Notes under the pieces: model-generated
Database searches by the model: none
What the model was told of the DNA's origin: nothing
Seen by the model: the letters and a program-made list of their open reading frames with translations, nothing else
From: Methanopyrus kandleri AV19
GTDB lineage: Archaea > JAADCQ01 > Methanopyri > Methanopyrales > Methanopyraceae
Assembly: GCF_000007185.1 (NCBI RefSeq)
Contig: NC_003551.1
Coordinates: 870,001-902,000, forward strand
DNA: 32,000 bases
Direction: 5' to 3'
Translations under genes and position numbers: made by a program
In this document: positions 8,332 through 15,705 of the stretch, piece by piece
Layout of the letters: each line of letters starts with the position of its first letter
Position numbering within the stretch: the stretch's first letter is position 1

Positions 8332-9759
8332 ATGGAGCGGCTGGAATGGCGTGAATCCTCACCGGCGGAGTTCTTCGAGCGGAACCGCGAGATGCTCGGG
8401 TTCGACGGACCCATCAAGAGCATGGTGATGACCGTCCACGAGCTCGTCACCAACTCGATGGACGCGTGCCACCTGAACCGCATACGTCCCGACGTGCGGG
8501 TGGTGATCCGACGCGAGGAGGAGAACGTGTATCGGGTGCGAGTGATCGACAACGGGCCGGGGATCCCGCCGGAGCGCGTGCCGAAGGTGTTCGGTAAGTT
8601 CCTCGCGGGAGATAAGTTCGACCCCGTCTACGGGATCCAGTCGATGGGCCAGCAGGGGATCGGAGCCGCCGGCGTCGCCCTCTACGCCCTGATCACCACG
8701 GGCGAACCCGTGCGCGTGCTCACATCCACCGACGGTAGAACCGCGCACTACTTCGAGGTCAAGCCCGATCCCTCGACCAACGAGCCGGTGGTCGTCCGGC
8801 GGGAGAAGCGACCCGCGAGCCGCCGCGGGACGACGGTGGAGGTGACCATCGGGGACGCCGTCTACGAGTCGGGTCGCCGCGGTCCCCGGGAGTACCTTCG
8901 TAGGCTGCACGCGGTGAACCCCCACGCCCGGATCTCCCTCCGCGACCCCGACGGTAACGCGCACGTCTGGGAGCCGCTGGTCGAGGAACTCCCCGACCCA
9001 CCTCGAGTGCTGAAGCCTCATCCTCACGCCCTCGACGCCCACAAGCTCCTCCGGATCGCCGAGCGGACGTCCCGGAGGACCGTCCGAACGATGCTCGTCG
9101 GGGAGCTCTGCAGGTTCTCGGAGGCCCGGGTCGAAGAGCTCCGGGAGCGACTGGCGGGCCGTGTGGATCTGGAGAAGGACCCGAAGGAGTTGACCCGCGA
9201 GGAGGCCGAGCTCATCGTGAAGGCGCTGCACGAGATGGACTTCATGCGCCCGCCGTCCGACGTCGTTTCCCCGGTCGGAGAGTCGGCGCTGAAGGCCGCG
9301 CTGAAATCGGAGGGAGCTCGACTGGTCTCGGCGGTTTCTCGGCGGCCGCTCGTACTGCGCGATAACGTGATCCAGGTCGAGGTGGCCGTGGGTTACGGGG
9401 AGGAGGGGGATCTGTGGCGGTTCGCGAACAGGGCTCCGTTGATGTTCAGGGCGGGCGGTTGTTCCATCACCAAGGGCGTCGAGGAGGTGGATTTCGGCCG
9501 GTACGGTCTCGAGGAGGATCGGTTACTGATCCTGGTGAACGTGAACTCCCCGTTCGTTCCGTTCAGCGGGCCCGCTAAGCAGGAGATCGGTAGCGAATAC
9601 GTCGAAGAGGAAGTAAAGCGGGCGGTACAGCGGGCGTGTCGGGAGCTGGGTCGTGAGGTCCGACGGCGACGTCGGGCCCGTCTCGAGCGCCAGAAGATGA
9701 AAAGGATCGATAGGAACCTGAGAATCGTGAGGAAGAAGGCCATCGAGATACTCTCGTGA
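8332..9759 (+). CDS. top6B: DNA topoisomerase VI subunit B
   Basis: Bergerat/GHKL motifs: SPAEFFERN..., HELVTNSMDA (N box), VIDNGPGIP (G1 box), GQQGIGAAG (G2). Followed by helix-2-turn-helix and transducer-like regions. Starts 4 nt after the glmM stop. Confidence 0.9.
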   Translation: MERLEWRESSPAEFFERNREMLGFDGPIKSMVMTVHELVTNSMDACHLNRIRPDVRVVIRREEENVYRVRVIDNGPGIPPERVPKVFGKFLAGDKFDPVYGIQSMGQQGIGAAGVALYALITTGEPVRVLTSTDGRTAHYFEVKPDPSTNEPVVVRREKRPASRRGTTVEVTIGDAVYESGRRGPREYLRRLHAVNPHARISLRDPDGNAHVWEPLVEELPDPPRVLKPHPHALDAHKLLRIAERTSRRTVRTMLVGELCRFSEARVEELRERLAGRVDLEKDPKELTREEAELIVKALHEMDFMRPPSDVVSPVGESALKAALKSEGARLVSAVSRRPLVLRDNVIQVEVAVGYGEEGDLWRFANRAPLMFRAGGCSITKGVEEVDFGRYGLEEDRLLILVNVNSPFVPFSGPAKQEIGSEYVEEEVKRAVQRACRELGREVRRRRRARLERQKMKRIDRNLRIVRKKAIEILS

Positions 9760-9811
9760 TGAGCTCACGACGGGGAGACCTAGTCGGGATGATCGACCCC
9801 TAGCAGGCTGA
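9756..9811 (+). ncRNA. candidate C/D box sRNA (2'-O-methylation guide)
   Basis: GTGATGA (C box, 9756-9762), 12 nt, GAGA (degenerate D'), 10 nt, ATGATCG (degenerate C'), 12 nt, CTGA (D box, 9808-9811). The 56-nt length and 12-nt guide spacing fit archaeal C/D sRNAs. It overlaps the top6B stop codon. Confidence 0.35.
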
Positions 9812-10053
9812 AACGGCGCGGGTGGAGGTAGCCGGCGGGGAGCGCGGGCTTCAGACCCGAGCCGATGATCCGCCGGATGCCGCGACCGCGCCACACTTCC
9901 TTCTCCTATTGTTACGTATCTTGAAACGTTTCCGTGCGGGTCAGGGGCGGGAGTACTCTTCATCGGTCCGCGGCTTGCATGATCATCATCCCTGGTTCGA
10001 GGCGAATCTCCATCGATAAAACTTCGTCCCTCGTAGGGTCAGGAGGGCGTCAC

Positions 10054-11355
10054 TTGCCCGTCCACGCGGTCGTGGGCTTCGGGTACCCCAAGTACGACCC
10101 GGTGAGCTGGTTCGCGGAGCGTTCACTGATCGAGACACTGGAAGTGAAGACCGCGGAGTCCCGCTGCCTCGAGCTACGCGAGGGGTCGACTCTTCGCCTC
10201 GAGGCCCGGCGCCTCGGTAGGCGTGAGATGAGCGCGACCGCGCTGCTGGAACGCGTCGAAGAACCGGGAGAAGTCCACGTGTTCGCCTCGTCCTCGCTGA
10301 AGGGACAGACGGTCGATGGTGACACGGTGGAGGATCGTATGGGTGAGTACCTCGTCGATCCGTTGAACGATGTGGGGTTCGAGGTCGAGGTCCACTGGTC
10401 GTCGGCGTTCGATCCCCTGTCGCTCCTCCCCGAGCTCATCGACACCCTGACACGTCTCGACGATCGCGTGGTGCTGGATCTTACCCACGGTGTTCGTATC
10501 CAGCCCGCGATCTCGGCCGTGGCGGGAATGGCGGCCGCTCGATTGCCGGGCTCAGATATGGAGCTCGTTCCGGTGTACGGGGCCGCAGGGGTTGAGGTGA
10601 GGGAGGTCCTGAGGTGGTCGGACGGTGCGGACGGGTCTCGCGGGATCATCCTGGACATCCGTCGCCACTTGGAGTCCGCCATGGCGTTCAACAAGGTCGT
10701 CGATTACACCTTGGATCCCTCCCGAGAACACCTCGAAGAGCTGTGCGAGCTGACTGAAAGCGCGCTTCGAGAGTTGGACGTCCCCGATGATCGACTGGAG
10801 AGAGTTCGGGAGCTAGTGATCGATGAAGGGGCTCTGAGAGGCCTCGCCGACGCCCTCCGGTCCAACTACCCGCGGAAGGTCGTGAAGGAGGCGAGAAAGT
10901 GGGAACCGAAGTCGCCCGAGGACGTACTCGACAGGCTTCATATAGAAAGTTCCGGGAGGGAGCGGGCCGAGAAGTACCTCCGTGCGCTCTCGAACTTCTT
11001 AGCAAGGGCCCTGAATCCGTTCCTTCAGGGTCTTGACTTACCGAAGTCTCCTTGGAAGGCGGCCGTACAGCTCGCCGAGTGGCTGTGTGATCGCGGTTAC
11101 TACGCGGCCTCGGTTCTGCTGCTCCGAGAGCTCGTGTACCTCAGGACGGTCTACGAGTGGGCCGAGGAGCACGGCCACGGGGAGCTGAAGGAGGTCGTCG
11201 AAGAGTACCTCAGGGCCCTCATCGATCCGGACGCGAGAAAACCCAGGGGAGTCTACGACGAGTTGTGCAGCACCATCGAAGAGGTTACCGACGGGGAGGC
11301 CGGGGATCCCGACGATTTGGTCAGGAAGATCGAACGGGAGATACTCAACCGATGA
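10054..11355 (+). CDS. CRISPR-associated DxTHG-motif (CARF, Csx1-like) protein lacking a canonical HEPN R-x4-6-H motif
   Basis: VVLDLTHGVRIQP (D-x-T-H-G encoded at 10477-10491), preceded by a Rossmann-like beta-alpha N-terminal half and followed by a long helical C-terminal half. I place the start at TTG 10054, which has GGAGGG 6 nt upstream. The ORF-track start 9934 adds 40 unlikely residues. Confidence 0.65.
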   Translation: MPVHAVVGFGYPKYDPVSWFAERSLIETLEVKTAESRCLELREGSTLRLEARRLGRREMSATALLERVEEPGEVHVFASSSLKGQTVDGDTVEDRMGEYLVDPLNDVGFEVEVHWSSAFDPLSLLPELIDTLTRLDDRVVLDLTHGVRIQPAISAVAGMAAARLPGSDMELVPVYGAAGVEVREVLRWSDGADGSRGIILDIRRHLESAMAFNKVVDYTLDPSREHLEELCELTESALRELDVPDDRLERVRELVIDEGALRGLADALRSNYPRKVVKEARKWEPKSPEDVLDRLHIESSGRERAEKYLRALSNFLARALNPFLQGLDLPKSPWKAAVQLAEWLCDRGYYAASVLLLRELVYLRTVYEWAEEHGHGELKEVVEEYLRALIDPDARKPRGVYDELCSTIEEVTDGEAGDPDDLVRKIEREILNR

Positions 11356-11530
11356 TCTCTTTCACTTTCTTCACCAGATTCTGTGCCTTCTCGTCTGGCC
11401 TCCCAACGTCTTCCCTTACGTGTGCGAATGAGTTACGGACATCCCTGATTTCACACACCACCTCGATAAGCTCTCGCCGGTCGATCGAATAGTCGATTTC
11501 CCTTCTCTTCCCCCGGAAGAGACCGATCAC
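11345..11530 (-). CDS. 61-aa ORF carrying a Csx1/Csm6-type HEPN catalytic motif (possible gene fragment or minimal HEPN)
   Basis: Encodes ...CEIRDVRNSFAHVREDVG... The R-N-x-x-x-H motif lies at 11420-11437. GTG start, with an in-frame stop 6 codons upstream, so the ORF cannot be longer. Convergent with the CARF gene and overlapping it by 11 nt. Confidence 0.35.
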   Translation of the reverse strand: MIGLFRGKRREIDYSIDRRELIEVVCEIRDVRNSFAHVREDVGRPDEKAQNLVKKVKEIIG

Positions 11531-11698
11531 GGCCGGACCCCCGCGACGTCAGGCATCCTCGGCGTTAGACCCGCTTCGATCTTCGGAAGATACGACAGTG
11601 TGAGATGTGCTCGTTCGGCGTGGTTCGGGAGGTGGCTGTGAATGGGTTCACGACTCATCGGACCGGAATTGTTACAAATTTAATAACGATTTGGGATT

Positions 11699-11801
11699 TG
11701 GCGCCGCGGCCCGGACTTGAACCGGGGACCACGGGATATCTGCGGCCCTCTCTTCATCGGGCCTTAACAGTCCCGCGCTCTACCTACTGAGCTGCCGCGG
11801 C
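11699..11801 (-). tRNA. tRNA-Asn(GUU) with 27-nt intron at 37/38, encoded CCA, C at position 8
   Basis: Manual fold: acceptor GCCGCGG/CCGCGGC, D arm GCTC-AGTAGGTA-GAGC, anticodon arm CGGGA-CTGTTA[intron 11738-11764]A-TCCCG, T arm CCCGG-TTCAAGT-CCGGG, then G-CCA. The intron contains its own GGCCC/GGGCC helix. Position 8 (nt 11794) is C. Confidence 0.9.
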
Positions 11802-11834
11802 CTCAATCCCGAGCCATCTGGAAACCTCCCTTAC

Positions 11835-11845
11835 AAAAATATAAT
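11835..11845. promoter_or_regulatory. AT-rich TATA-like element shared by divergent tRNA-Asn and the 195-aa gene
   Basis: AAAAATATAAT is the only AT-rich block in the 62-bp spacer. It lies ~35 nt upstream of the tRNA 5' end (minus strand) and ~20-30 nt upstream of ATG 11864 (plus strand). Confidence 0.4.
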
Positions 11846-11863
11846 GCTTTCGGGGGGAGGTCC

Positions 11864-12451
11864 ATGGCCGACCCGAGGGTGAGAGTGAAAGTCGTAGGAG
11901 TGGAGAAAGAGGACGTCAGGAAGCGCCTTACATTGCTGCGCCCGGAGCGCGATGTCGACGTGATAGTGGATGGAGTGTCCGGAGTGATGCGTGTGACCTC
12001 GGGGACTACCCGCCTACGCGTCAACGCCGGCGGCTCCGCGTTCCTCTCGTGTTCGGGTAGGATCTCGGAGGATGCAGCGGCAGTGGCTTCAGTGCTCCTC
12101 TCGGAAATCGGCGCGGACCGGAAGGAGATTCCGAGGTTCCTTTCGGCGGCGGTGGAGCTGGGGAGAACTACACCGGGGGGATGCGAGCTGGCGGCGGTTC
12201 TGCGGGGTAAGGACGTGACCGTGAAGTTCCGGAGGGACCCCAAGTCCGGCCGATACGCGCTGAAATCTAGACACGGGGTGCTGGTCAGGCGGACCCGATC
12301 GACGTGTGAGGTGGAGATCCTCGTCACGGTAACGGATCTCGATCGGGTCGTCCGGAAGGCGGGAAGGATCTGGGGACAGCTGGAAGATTTGGCGGGTGGT
12401 GGAGATCCAGAATACGTCCTCCTAAACGTCCTCGACGCACTGGGGAGGTGA
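11864..12451 (+). CDS. hypothetical protein (195 aa)
   Basis: ATG preceded by GGGGGGAGGT. Balanced amino-acid composition, versus the S/T/R/P-rich antisense ORF 11803..12327. The stop overlaps the next gene's GTG (GTGA). Confidence 0.6.
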   Translation: MADPRVRVKVVGVEKEDVRKRLTLLRPERDVDVIVDGVSGVMRVTSGTTRLRVNAGGSAFLSCSGRISEDAAAVASVLLSEIGADRKEIPRFLSAAVELGRTTPGGCELAAVLRGKDVTVKFRRDPKSGRYALKSRHGVLVRRTRSTCEVEILVTVTDLDRVVRKAGRIWGQLEDLAGGGDPEYVLLNVLDALGR

Positions 12452-13326
12452 GGCGACTGAGTTGGGTCCTAGAGATGATCAGGACGCTTCTGTGCATGTA
12501 TGTAGGGGTTCTGATCGCGTCTTACTTAGGGTCCTCCGAAGCGTGTACCCGGTCGTTGCTCCGCGTACTGAAGCCTGTGGTCGGGTCCGGCCTCTACGGT
12601 CACGCCGCGTCGCTATCGGCCCTGAGTTCCTCTGTGGCGCTTTACGCGGCTCAGGACAAGGTGAACTCCACCAGAGAGGCCGTGGGTTTACTGCTCCTCC
12701 TGGCCTTCCCGACTTCCGTAGCGACGGTCCTTCAGTTTTACCTCCCCGTGGTCGTACCCGCCGTGGGCCCGGCGGGTCTCCTTATGATCGGCATATCGGT
12801 CGTGGGCGCCCTACTCACTTCCGCGTTCGGCCGTGTTCTACTACCTGGCCGTGAAGATGGTGATGGGCCGAGTAAGATCACGCTCGTGCGGAACCCTTGG
12901 CGCACTGCCCATAGTGTGTTCCTCAGGGTTGGGCCCGCCGTCGCCTTGGCGATGGTGGCGGTTAAGCTGGGTGAGGGGTACGGCGTGACGGAGTGGGTCG
13001 AGAGATTTCTTCACCCGTTGACTAGGTCCGTTGGACTCCCTTCGGACGCGTCTCTGGTGGTGTTCGGGTGTCTGATCAACGTGGCCGTAGGTGCCGCCTT
13101 AGGGGCAGATCTCTGGGCGTCCGGGAAGCTGCGGATGGAGGATCTGGCGCTCGCGTTGGCGTTCGGTAGGGCCCTTTCTTTGCCGAGGATTAACCTTCAG
13201 TTCCTGTTTCCTCCTGCCGTCACGTTCCTTGGCAAGAAGGGGTTGCTCGGGGCGACCGTCCGCACGCTCGTCGAGACCTTGGCGAACATATCGGTGGTAC
13301 TGGCACTAACGGCGTTTGTTCACTAG
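12448..13326 (+). CDS. polytopic membrane protein
   Basis: ORF track. Multiple A/L/V/G-rich hydrophobic helices. Translationally coupled to the upstream gene (GTGA overlap). Function not recognisable. Confidence 0.6.
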   Translation: MRRLSWVLEMIRTLLCMYVGVLIASYLGSSEACTRSLLRVLKPVVGSGLYGHAASLSALSSSVALYAAQDKVNSTREAVGLLLLLAFPTSVATVLQFYLPVVVPAVGPAGLLMIGISVVGALLTSAFGRVLLPGREDGDGPSKITLVRNPWRTAHSVFLRVGPAVALAMVAVKLGEGYGVTEWVERFLHPLTRSVGLPSDASLVVFGCLINVAVGAALGADLWASGKLRMEDLALALAFGRALSLPRINLQFLFPPAVTFLGKKGLLGATVRTLVETLANISVVLALTAFVH

Positions 13327-14197
13327 GGCCCTGTTTTTTCGTCGGGGTTTCCTTCGGCTCGTACCCGGCCGCCCAGATCAGGGCGCGCGCCAGTAGCTTC
13401 CAGGCTCCCGTGCGTTCGGTCAGTTCCGGGTGCACGCCCAGTAAGACGAACCGACCCCGTGGTTCCCACTTGTCGCCCTTCTTCACGTTGTACCAGCCGA
13501 GCACCATCGCCCAACCACTGACGAGTTCGACGTACTTTCCGAACCCCTGTACGTTGATCCTGACCTCTTTCCCGTCTAGCCAGCACACTTTGTACCATCT
13601 GTTGTCGGAGATGAACACCGACCCGTCTTCCGCGGCCATCCCGGGACCGTTCGCGTAGTAATACTCGTAGACCTTCCCCCAGGTGGACTGCGGGGTGATG
13701 GGGTTCTGCTGGATCAGCACGGAGACGTACCCGTTCCCCCGGTTGCCGTCGATCGCCGTTACGCCGTCCACCACGAGATCCTCGCCGATGGCTCCTCGGT
13801 GCGTCACTCCGGCGTGTAGGTACGCACCCGCGCAGATGCCGACGTACCCGATGCCGAGGTCGATCTGCGCGTGATATAGCAGGTCGATCCAGTCGGGATC
13901 CCAGTGCCACTCGGGATGGTACCCGCCCGGAACGTAGATCACGTCGATGTGGGTGCCTGTGTACGGATCTCGTCCGGTCTCCAGGACGGTCCTCCAGTCC
14001 GACGGTGATGCGTAGGTGATCACGTTAATGTGATAGGTGCCGGCGTAGTTCGCGTTCCAGTACTCGATGGCCCTCAGCGAGCTTTCCACGCAGTTGGACG
14101 CGGCTCCGTCTCCCGCCCACATGGCGACGTTCACCATCGTCGATGAGACAGGGGCTAGGAGCGTCACGATCGCCGTCAGTGCGGGGGTCCACCTCAC
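13220..14197 (-). CDS. exported class-I glutamine-amidotransferase-fold protein (peptidase C26/DJ-1-like) with intact Cys-His-Glu triad
   Basis: GTG start at 14197 with GGGGGTG 5 nt upstream. N-terminal signal-like MRWTPALTAIVTLLAPVSS. Nucleophile elbow YVGICAGAYL and downstream LLGVHPE (the GATase1 'HPE' signature). Confidence 0.7.
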   Translation of the reverse strand: MRWTPALTAIVTLLAPVSSTMVNVAMWAGDGAASNCVESSLRAIEYWNANYAGTYHINVITYASPSDWRTVLETGRDPYTGTHIDVIYVPGGYHPEWHWDPDWIDLLYHAQIDLGIGYVGICAGAYLHAGVTHRGAIGEDLVVDGVTAIDGNRGNGYVSVLIQQNPITPQSTWGKVYEYYYANGPGMAAEDGSVFISDNRWYKVCWLDGKEVRINVQGFGKYVELVSGWAMVLGWYNVKKGDKWEPRGRFVLLGVHPELTERTGAWKLLARALIWAAGYEPKETPTKKQGPSEQTPLVPVPPICSPRSRRACGRSPRATPSCQGT

Positions 14198-14274
14198 GTT
14201 AACACCCCCTCACTCCGCAGCCGGGATCGTTAATCAAACTACGGGAAACACGTTACACCGGTAGGGGACGTGTC

Positions 14275-15705
14275 GTGTCCTTGAGGTCGAAACTGGCCGA
14301 CTTGGCCGGACTCCTCGCGCTCAAGGCGGTTCGGTTCGGGCCCGGTATGGGGCGGAGCTTTCCCGGATGGACCGTGATCAAGGTCGGCGGCTTCGACGCC
14401 GTTCGCGAGCTCGCACGGCGGCCGGAGTACGGAGTGGTGCTGATTACAGGTACCAACGGTAAGACCACGACCACCAGACTCGCCTGTGCGCTCCTAGCCG
14501 AAGATGCGGAGGTTTCGTGCAACTACGATAGTAACACAATCAACGCCGTCACGACGGGCCTACTCAAGGGTAGGAAGGCCGAGCTCGTGGTGACGGAGTA
14601 CGGGATTCGCAGCCGTGAGTACGGGATTCCAGATACCGTCTGCGAGCTCGTGGACCCGCTGGCGATCGCGTACACAACTATCTCGAAGGAACACTTCCGG
14701 GAGAACGCGGACAAGAAGGACCCGTTCGGGGCGTACTTCGAGGCGAAGCGTCTCCTGGCGAGGCCCCTGAAGGACGGTGTGCTGGTGCTCAACGCGGATG
14801 ATCCTCGGGTCACCTACATCCGCGACGAGAAGCGCGGTGACCCCGTGGAGTACGTTTTCTACGGTTTGGAGGTTGAAATCGAGGATCTGACGCCACCGAC
14901 CGAAGAGCTCGAGTGTCCCGCGTGCGGCGGCGAGTTGGACTACGAGACCCGCTACTTTAACCATAAGGGACTGTACTCGTGTCGAGACTGCGAGTTCTCA
15001 CGGCCTGACCCGGACGTCGCCGTGGTAAGGCTAAAGGGCGGCCCGGACGAGTGGGAGGTCACGCTGTCGTACGATGTGACCAACGCCGTGATCGGAGAAC
15101 GACTGGAGGGAAAGGTCACCTATGAGCTACCGCTGCCCGGTCTCCATAACGTCTACAACAGCGTTTGCGCGATCTCCCTGTACCTCGCGGTTACCCCCCG
15201 GCCCGAGGACCCGGAGGGAACGATCCGACGGGTGATCGAAGGGTTGAACCCGCTCGAGTTCATTCCGTCGGGCAGGTTCGAGGTGCTGAACGTGGGTGGT
15301 AAGCCCGTCGGCGTCGGTCAGGGAGACAACGGGGACGCCTTCAAGGCCAACGCGAACCTGATGCTTTCGGTGGCGGGGGATGTAGGGGCCTGTGTGTATA
15401 CCACCCCGGACGAGGGTGAACATCCGATCTTCGAGATGCACAGGATTATCCTCCGAGCTCTCGAACCAGACGAGCTATACGTGTTTCCTGGTAGGGAGTC
15501 CGTGAAGGCCGCGGAAGAGTACTACGAGGAACTGACCGAGGAGTTCGACGCAGAGTTCTACCCTATCCCGCACGAGCGGATGCAGGAGAAAGTCGAGGAG
15601 ATGCGTAGGGTGTGTGAGGAGGCGGATGGTCCCGTGTTCGCCTCCGGGTGCGGGCCGGAGCGCGAGATGTGGGAAGCCCTGAAGAGGGAGCTCAGGGGCG
15701 GCTGA
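14275..15705 (+). CDS. Mur ligase family protein, MurT-like (with Cys4 zinc ribbon)
   Basis: P-loop VLITGTNGKTTTT typical of Mur ligases. CPACGGELDYETRYFNHKGLYSCRDCEF (CxxC-x20-CxxC) sits where bacterial MurT carries its zinc ribbon. C-terminal domain follows. Confidence 0.85.
   Translation: MSLRSKLADLAGLLALKAVRFGPGMGRSFPGWTVIKVGGFDAVRELARRPEYGVVLITGTNGKTTTTRLACALLAEDAEVSCNYDSNTINAVTTGLLKGRKAELVVTEYGIRSREYGIPDTVCELVDPLAIAYTTISKEHFRENADKKDPFGAYFEAKRLLARPLKDGVLVLNADDPRVTYIRDEKRGDPVEYVFYGLEVEIEDLTPPTEELECPACGGELDYETRYFNHKGLYSCRDCEFSRPDPDVAVVRLKGGPDEWEVTLSYDVTNAVIGERLEGKVTYELPLPGLHNVYNSVCAISLYLAVTPRPEDPEGTIRRVIEGLNPLEFIPSGRFEVLNVGGKPVGVGQGDNGDAFKANANLMLSVAGDVGACVYTTPDEGEHPIFEMHRIILRALEPDELYVFPGRESVKAAEEYYEELTEEFDAEFYPIPHERMQEKVEEMRRVCEEADGPVFASGCGPEREMWEALKRELRGG

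Noticed and set aside
8359-9231. Long antisense ORFs (e.g. 8359..9231, 10050..10694, 11803..12327, 13323..13910, 18009..18770, 26376..27089, 29560..30141, 31598..31972)
   Set aside because: They are R/P/S/G-rich low-complexity translations opposite well-supported genes, typical of GC-rich 'shadow' ORFs. They have no SD sites or motifs.
9934-10053. ORF-track start (GTG 9934) for the CARF protein
   Set aside because: The first 40 residues (MRVRGGSTLHRSAACMIIIPGSRRISIDKT...) look non-coding and lack an SD. TTG 10054 has GGAGGG 6 nt upstream and begins the first beta-strand-like segment.
11605-11790. 61-aa plus-strand ORF with a strong GGGAGGTGG-like site nearby
   Set aside because: It runs antisense through the tRNA-Asn gene, and its peptide simply mirrors tRNA sequence. 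Most likely fortuitous.
14137-14139. Internal ATG as start of the GATase-fold gene (would make it a cytoplasmic GatD-like partner of the MurT-like ligase)
   Set aside because: No SD precedes it, whereas GTG 14197 has GGGGGTG at ideal spacing. The signal-bearing form is therefore preferred, though not proven.
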